NCBI RefSeq assembly: GCF_006345805.1
Contig: NC_042998.1
Location: forward strand, 124,434,001-124,498,000
Origin: Octopus sinensis
Taxonomy: Eukaryota
Direction: 5' to 3'
Length of the DNA: 64,000 nt
Of this stretch, positions 53,190-64,000 are shown piece after piece. The position numbers were made by a program, and so were the translations under genes. Position 1 is the first letter of the stretch. Each line of letters opens with the position of its first letter. A model generated the notes under the pieces. The model did no database searches. It saw only the letters and a program-made list of their open reading frames with translations, and was not told the origin of the DNA.

Positions 53190-53490
53190 TTCAACGATTA
53201 GGCGGAGATGATTTTTAAAATGAGAATATCTAAAATACACTCGACTACTCTCACAAGCAAGAATACTAAAAATGACCCTGACCGCTCTTAAATATTAAGT
53301 AAGAAAAAAGGAAAATAATTCAAAATCCTTTCCTGATACTGGATCAATCCCAAAATCTAATCAGTTCGTGCTAGTTATGAGGCCAAACATCCCTGAAAAT
53401 TTCATCCGAATTCATCCGAATATCTTGTCCAAAGACAAACAAATAAACAAACACGATTGAAAATACCTCCGCTTTCGCTAGGGCAGAGGT
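53173..53490 (+). mobile_element. Helentron-type HINE lacking its 5' tip, joined to Tx1-like copy 3
   Basis: TCAACGATTAGGCGGAGATGATTTTTAAAATGAGAATATC ... TACCTCCGCTTTCGCTAGGGCAGAGGTTA, homologous to 4600-4918. Confidence 0.8.
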
Positions 53491-53609
53491 TAGGAGGAGG
53501 AGGAGGAGGAGGAGGAGAAGAAGAAGAAGAAGAAGAAGAAGAAGAAGAAGAAGAAGAAGAAGAAGAAGAAGAAGAAGAAGAAGAAGAAGAAGAAGAAGAA
53601 GAAGAAGAA
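53491..53609. repeat. (GGA)n(GAA)n polypurine tract
   Basis: About 9 GGA units followed by about 30 GAA units, pure purine. Confidence 0.95.
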
Positions 53610-56600
53610 GACACACAACAAGAGAAGACACCAGCAACAATTGATATGACGGTGATAATAATGATGATAATGATAATCATGATTGTGATCATAAATATCT
53701 AAACAAAGTTAGAATTTTGTAGTGATGCAAATGAGTTTCTAATTTATCCAACTTCCTTATCTTCAACTATATTTCATAGTCAATGGCCTTATAGACATTT
53801 CAATTTATCATATTATATCTTTTCTTTGCTAAGGACAAGATTTGGCTTATTACCAAAGATAACATAATTATTTAGTAATCAGGTGTTCATTTGTCACTTA
53901 ACCCTTCACATACATTTATTTCTTTACAGTTCTTCAACCGAACGAAATACTGAGTGCATGATTTGCATAAGAAAAGCATTTATCATTAAATAATTTGTTT
54001 TATTAGGCTGACTAACTGGTGAGGACATTGCCTCAGTTCTAAATTAGAAGTTCACATCAGTTAACAGTCGCTTTAAATAAATCATACAACTCTTGAGGAT
54101 ACTTTAATATTTATAATTTATATAACCTTCTATAATGAATTCAGTACGAAAATTATATCTTTCCGATACTAAGAGGAAAGCCAAATATCAATAACTTGGA
54201 ACATCTATTTTATCTTAAGATCGGTTATACAGAGTAATAAATCCAGGAAAAAGATGTAATATTAATGCTTCCTTCCTCATTTCATTAAACCCATCTTCGG
54301 CTACTAATATGAATGTCTATATTTGATAAACGGCTAAATATTTTGTTGGGTTGTTGTGGGCGAATTAATTAAGACCGTTGCTTGATTAGTGCTTATTTCC
54401 TTGAGGCCAAAAGTTGGAAGAACTAAGGTTTAGGCGTTAGTATTTCAATTCTTGCACTGGGAACTAAAGTGGCAAAATATACCATTAGTTACAACTGAAA
54501 TAAATCCTACTACAATACAACATAATGCGATAAAATAGCCATCCAGCGAGCCAAGGGCATTGCTCGATTTTCAAAAAATAATAAACAACTCTTTATCAGA
54601 GCACAATTTGGCATGTTGGAAAAAAACGTACTTACATTTGTCAACGTCGAAACTGTTTTGATTGCAAGATGCAAGAGAAATATTTAATATCGAATTATAT
54701 GTACTCACGATTATGCCACTATAAACCCGAAAAATCAGAACATGTTGTAATGCATCAAAGAGAAAACTAATCTGTGTCACAGAAATTGTTTACCTTTCTA
54801 ATGTATACACTTGTTCACTCGCACATTTACTGCTTCAATATTTTATGCAAAAAAATAACTCTCAAATAAATCAGGTTTCCAATTTCTCAACTCTTGGATA
54901 TACATATTGGAATAAGTTTTGTCTATAATGGATTGCAGCAAATAACTATCTTTGGTAACGTGAGGGAGTCATGTAAAAAATATTTTATAACACTGTCTTC
55001 TGATATACATACAAGCTATAACCATAAAAGTAAGTGCAGACATCAAATAATTCAAATTGAAGAACCACATCCTAAAGTTATGTGAACTATCGACTTTTAT
55101 GCAATTACTCTTTTAAGAAATGCAAGTGCTACTATTGTAGTTGTATTTCCATCTGCATTCAACATTTCAGCATTGGCGTCACAATATTACTTGAAATACA
55201 GATTTTTATTTTTTTTTAATGGTTTTACATATTGACTTGCTGGCACCTTGGGCTCTTTAGATGAGGTCATTGTATATTGAGTGATTAGTGTATTGTCTGA
55301 TCTTTAGAACTTTGTCTTTTAACAGTCACCTTTCAGAGACCTGCGTCGAAATAACATTTCCTATGCAAGTGGATGTTGAAAAAATTATATATTAAATGTT
55401 AGCGTTACGTGGGGTGAACGACATTCATAGTCATAATATGAATTGAATATCATTTATGTTAGCTAAAAGTAGCAGACAGACGGAATAGAAACCAGCATGT
55501 AATTGACGTATTTGTCTTCCTTGTGGTAAAATGTTGACAAACTAATTTGAATTGAGGATGCGTTTGAAGAAATAAGTGAGAACAGAAGTGGGAATATAAA
55601 TACGTGTCCCTCTCCCCAAAAGCTCTCTCAATTCTCTGTAATATTACATTCGACTTGTACGTTTTATAACTAGAGAACTTCGCCCAGCAGTTGTTTATAA
55701 TAAACCAGTGTAGTTTTACAATTTGTTTTTGAGGAGGGTAACAGGCCATGCATATATTGCTTAAGTATAATTTTCGGATTGTCGCTGTTGTTCAGGCGAA
55801 GATCAACCTTCATCTTGCAGAGCTATACGAAAATAAACTTATGTTATGACATCGTGTATCAAGGGCCATATTACCCAGTATGTCATTTGTTTTTAAGGTG
55901 TTGAGTGTGATATGAGGCTATTTTGATGGTTATATGTCACAAATTGAAAAACCGCATCAGGGTTCCCTCGAAGGCTTGCTCTCGTTTCTTTGTGTTCATA
56001 CCAGATGCAGGAATATCATGTGTCTCTATGGAAAACATTGATAACGACGTTGTATCAAAATGGATAACTGTTGATCAGGGTTTGCAAACCAAGTTTTCAC
56101 GGAAACCTAATGTTCAATGAAAAATATTTATGAATAATAGGCTACATATACGCAAATGCATTTTGGAATAATTTTGATGGTTAATTCTACATTTATAACT
56201 TTATTACATACATACATGGCATATTTCTAAAGAAGGGAAATCTTGCCTTCAGGTGTACGAAACCCGAAGGGAAAACTGATATCTTAACGGAAAACTGCGC
56301 AGTAATTTGATCCAAACCAAATCTTAGTTAAGGCAAAATTTCATAAGCAATAATCATGGCGTCTAATGGACCTAGCACTTCTCAAAGTTTCAAAGGCATT
56401 TCTATGATCCCTTTAATCTCTTATGGAATTTAATTTAAGGAAGAGAAAGGAATAGATTAATGAAGAACTATTTCTGTAGGGTGTTCCTTGTGACTTGAAA
56501 TTATTTCAAGATATTCCACAAGATAGGAAATGCACCTGTTGAGAAAAAATGGCGATTTCCTTCAGTCATTACCCGGAACTGACGGGCACGTGTAACTTTG

Positions 56601-56739
56601 GCATTATATAAGTCTATTTCGCATATTCTTACACATATAGTACGCATGATTTAGCGAAATTTATGTAAGTAATATTCAGTTATAATTTCAAAATTATAAT
56701 GATTGATAAGGAAACGTGTGCAGTGAGATCTAGTTTATT

Positions 56740-57470
56740 CAGGACTAGAGGCAGTTGATAATTCCTAATTCTAGCAAGTCACTTCTTACACACAATTCAT
56801 TAGTGTTTATTAGTCGGAGCATTCGTGAAATAGTGGAACACAGAAGCACATACATACATATGGATAAATGTTTCAGATTTTGGAACGGAAGTAAGAGTAA
56901 CCTTACAAGTTTCCTGAAATTAATAAACAGCATTCATAAATCGACTCAATTCACAATAGATATGAACGAAACGAAACTTTCTGTATTGGACATTCTTGAA
57001 ATTAAGAAAAGCGAGATTGTTACAACCGATATCTACTGCAATGACACGGATACATACCATAACGTAGATTTTACAACTTAACACCCATTCCATATTAAAA
57101 GAAACAACCCATTTAATATAGCAAGGTGTACATTTTCAATAGTTACATATACAATTACAGGAGGGAGATGGCTGGTTGAAATAAAAGTATTCCTTAAGAA
57201 ACAGAAATACCTGCAAAACTTAGCAAATCATATCCTAACCCAACCAGAAAGATCCCATTCTCTGTCTTACGGAGACACTTTTGCAATAGGAACCAAGACA
57301 AAACCAAAGACATAAGACTACAGATTAAATTTGTAGTTACCATAACCCTGAAAATCATGACATATCAAATTCGGTCAAATAATAACTTTTAATCCTACAC
57401 CAATTATTAAATTTCAGAAAATAAAGTGTCATACAATATCAACAAGCCAAAACAACCGCCAAATCTTAAA
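56740..57470 (+). mobile_element. Penelope-like RT fragment
   Basis: CFRFWNGSKSNLTSFLKLINSIHKSTQFTIDMNETKLSVLDILEIKK..TDIYCNDTDT..HPFHIKRNNPFNIAR. Confidence 0.8.
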
Positions 57471-57484
57471 AGTTTCTCAACAAA

Positions 57485-57901
57485 GGCGCAGGAGTGGCTG
57501 TTTGGTAAGTAGCTTGCTAACCAACCACATGGTTCCGGGTTCAGTCCCATTGCGTGGCATCTTAGGCAAGTGTCTTCTGCTATAGCCCCGGGCCGACCAA
57601 TGCCTTGTGAGTGGATTTGGTAGACGGAAACTGAAAGAAGCCTGTCGTATATATGTATATATATATATAAGTGTGTGTGAATATGTTTGTGTGTCTGTGT
57701 TTGTTCCCTTAGCATTGCTTGACAACCGATGCTGGTGTGTTTACGTCCCCGTCACTTAGCGGTTCGGCAAAAGAGACCGATAGAATAAGTACTGGGCTTA
57801 CAAAGAATAAGTCCCGGGGTCGATTTGCTCGACTAAAGGCGGTGCTCCAGCATGGCCGCAGTCAAATGACTGAAACAAATAAAAAGAGTAAAAAGAGTAA
57901 A
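57485..57901 (+). mobile_element. tRNA-derived SINE family B, full length
   Basis: GGCGCAGGAGTGGCTGTTTGGTAAG (A box), GGTTCCGGGTTCAGTCCC (B box), internal (TA/TG) microsatellite, tail GAGTAAAAAGAGTAAA. Confidence 0.88.
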
Positions 57902-60900
57902 GGTAAAATTCCCAACTGAAGAAATAATGCACGCAACAAAATGTGAAAACGTTCGTTGTCGGACGCGTGAAAAGGAACTGAAGTTAATGCAACTACGAAT
58001 TGCAAAGCAAAAATTAAATATCCGCTACATTACAGAGCCACAATTTAATGACAATTATATCAGCCAAACGGGATCAAAATGAATACATAGGATACATAGG
58101 CAGCAAATCAAAACTCCTTCTCTTTAAAATGTTCGGTTTAGTAAACACCTAGACATTTGTGCAAATTCAAAGTTCAAAATAATCGGAGTTTTCTTTTTCA
58201 AAATAAAGGAAGAGAATTATCAACACCAGAATGCAAAGTGAAATACATTATAAGAACTATAAATCCAAAACTAAATCGTAAAAATCAACACTATTACTAA
58301 AATCAACTTCCTCTATAGAGATTACCCCGTAATAAGTGTGTTTGAAAAGTAAAAAATGAAAGCGCAGATACATTACAAAAGCTCGTTTCCCTAAAATTTG
58401 TGTTGTTGCGTGTTTAAAAAAATTTTTTTTACTAGTATAATTAATAACTTTGGGTTTCTGAAAATCTTTCTCCGAATTAGCTGACTCTATCAAGAATTCT
58501 TTCTATTTATTTCTAAATTAAGTGTGTGTGTGTGTCTGTCTGTCTGTCTGTCTGTCTGTGTGTGTTTTATTTATTGCCAGTGGATGAAAAGCGGAAGTGA
58601 CTTTGCCTGAATTTGAAATGAGAACATGAAAAACTGGAATAGATATTGGAAAGAAATTTGTCGAATTTCTACCGATTCTTCCAAAGGACAGCCATTTTGG
58701 ATTAATTCCAACGATATATAAGTGTTACTTCACTCGAAATTTCCTAAGCAATCATCGCCTTGACACCTAATAACGTTACATAATATCAATACAGTATGTA
58801 TTTAGAAATATAACGCATAGTGATTCTTGAACGAGATTTTGAAGATAACATTTTAGGTTATATGAATGCTTTTCCTTTAGTCAGTGACCTGTTTGTAAAG
58901 AAATTATGTCTATCGATGCATGGTATTTATTTGAGAAATTATAAACAGCACGTTGAAAATTACGCTTTAATACGTTACACTTAATGTACATTTATTGATT
59001 TGACGCGGACTACTGACTTTCTGAATAGAATTCGAAACTGAGTAATGAATCTACAAAGTCCAATAGTTCAATATGCTACAACTAGAAGTAATCTTCACAC
59101 ACGCGGAAATTTAAGAATTGACTGTATTCCAAGAATGAAAATGGATGATATAGAATTACTATATTTCATTGATTTGAAAAAAAAAATATTATGAGAATAG
59201 CAAAAAGTACAAAACCGTATATATAAACTTAAATAACTGTATCTATTTAAACTCGTGGAATAGTTTCCAGTTAGTGTCTATTACATGGTAACCAAAACTG
59301 CATTTGGAATATTTGTCCTATCCTATCATTTTATTTAATTTTGTTGTATCTTGCATATGACGCATCATGTTTAAACACACTCTGCGGAAGATTGTTCTGT
59401 TGTCAAAAGTATGCCAAGTTTTCCTTCTTGCTATGTTGATTCTATATGTAAATGATTTATACTTGGCAGAGCTCTCTTTAGCTGTTAAATATTCCCAATA
59501 ATAAAATCAATATTTTTTCATTAAACTATCTGCAAGTTACGACTTATGTTCTGTCATAATCTAAGAATGTGTAATGATATATGCCCAAAGAATATCTGGA
59601 ACTAAAATTAACTACTGAATTATTTATATAGAAAGCTATTATAACAAAGTTAAAATGAATTCATAATTACTATTAGTTTTGTTTCGATTACTCACGAAAG
59701 CCTTATGTTTTATGATGGTACAATTGGGAATGCAGAGTTCATTTGGTTCGCAAGTAAAGATATGCAATGGGTGCATTTCTGATAACTAATAGATAGTAGT
59801 AGTTATTTAGTATGGTAACTAAAAATAAGTTTCGTATTCATTACAGTTAAGATTTGAACTTGGAGAATGGAAACATTAACTATTCAATTAATCTTTGGAT
59901 TTCTTTACTTTTGAATCGATTGTTATTTAAGCCACTCTTGTTATTTGTTTGAATTTTGAAATTTTATATTGCATTCATCAGACAGTGTCGTCCTTAATTT
60001 AAGATTTGCTAGGGGCAGTTTTAGTATTTTTGAGTTTGAGCAGTCTGATTCCTATTAGAGTACAATATGAACCATGACCCACGCAGTGGGATCGAAACCG
60101 GAAATATGTTACCACAGAGCAAACTACTGAGCCGTAGATGCAAACTTCTACCGAATATGTATTGCAAGAGGTTCTCTACAAATACAGTGAGACTCACATA
60201 CGCAAATACACACGCACGCACACACACGCACACACACTGACATGTTTGTATGCACGTATGTTTGTGTGTGTGAGAGAGAAAGAGAGAGTAAGGAGAAAGT
60301 GAGAGAGTAAGCTGATATCGATATTAATTATTTCTTCAACTAAATTTACAGAGGCGAGGTACGAACGTAGCTAAAATGGGCAAGGAACTCAGAGCACTTG
60401 TTCTTACCGTAGAGCAATATCAAGTTGGCACTGAATTGTGATCAGATACAGATGCTTCCGATTCTGTACAACTACATTATCAGAATACATTTAGATGCCA
60501 AATTCGAATTCGTATGTGAGAAAAAATAATATAGTTTAACAAGGAAATAGCCAAAAGGTTACAACTTATAAGTAATCTGTATTTATATATGTAACTTTGA
60601 TAAAGCCAGTGATATTCAAAACCTGCAATGCGAATATATACTAATTATATGAAATCAAATAAGCTGTAATAGATCAAAATACTTGTTTGTTTTTTTAGGT
60701 TCTTCAGGATAAGATTGTTTGAGTTTAATTTCAAATTAGTAACACGTTTTGTATTTGCAGTTGCAAGACGCTGGTGAAATATAATTTCCGACTTCTAAAT
60801 CTAAAATGAGAACGAATCAGTTCTAGTAGAGTCAGTATGAGTTTATAACAAAAAGGTCAAATCAAGTAGAACGCTGGAAAATAATTTATTTGGCGACGAA

Positions 60901-63559
60901 AAGGTAAGTAAATTGAATAGCTATAATGATTTGGATTGACATACAACATTTCCTGCTTTGATTTATTTATTATGAGTATATGAATAGAATGAAAAATTAA
61001 ACTATATTGCGATGAATATGAAAACCGAAAGATTGTCTAAAAATCTTAGAAAACAACTTGTATAACTACTGAAACATTTCTTTAGATATTTCCTATGATG
61101 TATGAATTTCTATATAACATGATTTTGTGTATCAACAAAAGCTACTAGGTCAAAGTACCCAGGGCCTCATGAAACTAGTGGTTATACAGTACGCAGTATT
61201 CTAATAACGAAGGTTCATAACTAGCAGTAAAATACTACTCTAGAAAGCTCGTAATATATATTAAATACAGTATATGAAACGACTCATACGAAAACTTTCA
61301 ATTGTTATGTCTAACAATTATTCCTTTTGAACGCAAAAAGGTGTTTTACTGATGGAAAGGGAAAATGGATAAATATATTTCAAACTAAAAATATATTGTT
61401 TGCCTAGACTAATGACATATATTACTTTCGTTTATTGTTCTCGATTCTTAACAACCAGAATGCAACGCGCACAGTAACAAAGCAACTTATAAGTGGTAGA
61501 TCAACTTGCTAGAAATTTCAGAACAATCTCACTCAAACTACACACTATTGGCTTAGAAAATTACAAATACATTGCACAATACAGTTGCGAATACACTATA
61601 TTTAACAAATAGACTGGCCACGGCCGGATCGCCTTTAGAAATAGCTGTACCAGTAACGATACCAATGGTTACAACGACTAGACAAAAATAAACATGGAAC
61701 AAATATGAAATATGATGAAAATAATCTCTACTTGTCTTCCGTTCATTAAAAACTAAAATATTTATGCATGTTGACATCCTGTCTCAGCATCACGGAGCAG
61801 TAATGAACAAAACACAAAATAAGTTTTATACCAGGGATAAAACCACATCTCATATTGATTTTATGACTTATATTTTCCCTCACAACATAAAAGATTTCAC
61901 CTCCAATATTTCAAAAAATGGTCTATATGAATGTAGATATAAATTGTCTGCAGAAAGACACCGTGCATATTTTATGATGGGCGCGGGTTACTACGTCCTA
62001 CTGAGAATATATCGTATAGACTTAGATTACGGTAACAATGAATAGGATGTCATGAGGTTAACATTGAAAAGGATCCGGCAGTCTTTTGATTTCCTACTGT
62101 TATGAGCAACTCTTTTATTATCGTAGCATTTCAGGTTGATGATGGAGATACGACAACAGTCAGCAGAGATTCATTTCTATCAGTTGATCGATATCTGCCA
62201 ATGAAAATTACCAATGTATGAGCTATTTTGAAGAGGAAGCACTGGACAGACATCATTACATATAGTGTTAAGAAAGTCCAAACAACAGAGAAAACAGAGC
62301 TTGTACACACACACACATGCACACACACACACATTCATACGGAGAAAGAAAGATAAAGACCAAGAGAGATGTAAAGGAGATAAAGATGTAAAATGAGAAA
62401 GAGAGAAAGATGGGGAAGAGAAAAGGTAGGAGCACTGAGTAAGCATAAAGACAGGCGACTGTTATATATTAATTTAGATTTATACTAAATAAAGTCGTAC
62501 ATGATGTATATCCCACAAACATTATATACACACCTTATAACTATAAAAGAGGTGTATATGTTGTTTGTAGTATATGCGTACATATTCATTGCTTTTGACA
62601 ATGTTCAATTTCAAATTCTTGAATGAAAGCGTTACTTGTTTTAGCAAAGCGATAAAAGGCGATGACCATTTCGGTGAGATTTGGCAATAAATGTTTTGTA
62701 AAAGACTATGTAATCTTATTGTCATTTGTCTCCAATTTTAATAGGCATTTTTATACGGCAGTATTTAATAAGTTTCATGGCGCAATTCTTGATTATATCC
62801 CATAGAGAAGCTAGGGATGACAAACCATCATTGCTTCACACTACCATTTAATTTCTTGGGTAACGTAAGCAGAGTTCTCAGAGCAGCAAGTATTTTGTTC
62901 AAGTTTCCCTTGTGAGGATAACTAACTCGCATCTTTCTACCAGTTTTGAAAGCCTTACACAGATCATGGACACAGCCCTCCCTCCTACAATACAACTATT
63001 AACATAGAAACTTTTGATATTTTTTCTTCATAGTTAATTAACTGTTCATATTATAGTGCATCATATCGATATGATATGTTAGTGACGTTTATATGGCCGC
63101 CTGGAAATTAAAAGTTTGAGAAATAGATTTTTCATAGCAAGAGAGTTTATGTTTCTAAATTGGATACTCACCTACTCCGGCGTTCTTCTCGTTGCTCTTA
63201 TTGTTGTTGCTACAGCTGCTGCACTTGTGTGCTGCTACTGCTGCTGCTGCTGCTGTTGTTGTTGATGATGATGATGATTTACATTATTGAACTGGATGAA
63301 TTTCATAATGCCATCATTATAGAACTGGATGAACTTCATGATGCCATCACGATCAAGATCATAATATTGGTTGTGAAGGGGATTGTGGTGGTGATGGTGG
63401 CGGTCGCGGAAGTTGGGACATTGTTAATGGCGGTATTAGTAGCAGGGGTGATTGATGGTAGTGGGGATGATGTCTTTCGTATTACTAATGATGAGAATGA
63501 TAAAGAGGTTAGTTCTGCTCGAAAAGATTTCTGATAAAAATAAAAAAAAAACAATTATT

Positions 63560-63720
63560 ACTACAGACCTTTTCAGACATATCATCTTGAAGGCTTGCCG
63601 ATATTACTAAACGTAGCCTTCGTTTTTCTTTTTTTTATTTTCTAACATTTCTTTTAAGTCATCGGTGTCTGATTTGAGGAATCTTTGACTTTCCTCTTTA
63701 GCAAATCGATTTATAGGAAT
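63560..63720 (-). mobile_element. Possible Crypton / DUF3504-type N-terminal relic
   Basis: RFLKSDTDDLKEMLENKKKK then, after a frameshift, TKAT..SR*YV*KGL, resembling RF....EEL..LL....NT..ST....F..Y..EK. Short and decayed. Confidence 0.25.
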
Positions 63721-64000
63721 ACCACTGCCTGGTTGTCTAAAGGTCTGCGATATTTCAGGCAGCCGTGGTAGAACACTAGAGTGGAAATCGCCAAAGAACA
63801 AAATGTAAGCATGCGGCGAACCGATGTCTGCAATGTATTTTTGATAAGTGATTCAATGATTCATTTCTAAACAAGATTTACCATAAAGAAGCGTATTCAT
63901 TAATTATTAAATGTGATGTGAGTAATAATTTTCGCTTGAACTACTATTACATATACAGTAGAGCTCAGTGACAATTATATATACTGATAATTAGCAATAT

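Noticed and set aside
53457-53702. Poly-E, poly-S and poly-L ORFs
   Set aside because: Translations of the (GGA)/(GAA) repeat.
60760-60903. Plus-strand segment between TTTGCAG and AAG|GTAAGT
   Set aside because: All frames have stops; splice-like motifs alone are insufficient evidence.
62135-62215. 81-bp candidate plus-strand exon (VDDGDTTTVSRDSFLSVDRYLPMKITN)
   Set aside because: Weak donor, no recognisable homology, and no partner exons.

Overview
AT-rich, microsatellite-dense eukaryotic DNA, probably intergenic or intronic. The SINE and MITE families resemble those of octopod cephalopods (inference, from recall). I find no intact host protein-coding gene, rRNA, tRNA or CRISPR array; most short ORFs in the track are microsatellite or antisense artefacts. 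The window is a patchwork of transposable elements: several tRNA-derived SINE families, mariner/Tc1 relics, a full-length decayed Chapaev3-type DNA transposon with TIRs and a TAA duplication, Penelope-like and CR1-like RT relics, a Gypsy integrase fragment, Helentron-type non-autonomous elements (HINE), and Dong/R4-clade RT+REL LINEs sitting in (TAA)n tracts. Two structures stand out. (1) A head-to-tail ~594-bp duplication at 22919-23944 in which each copy carries an intact minimal type I hammerhead ribozyme, giving a Penelope/retrozyme-like 591-nt unit between the cleavage sites. (2) Three copies of an L1/Tx1-type ORF1 element (48180-53189) with no ORF2 visible, all starting at the same position of a Helentron-type MITE, suggesting a non-autonomous retroelement that targets another transposon.
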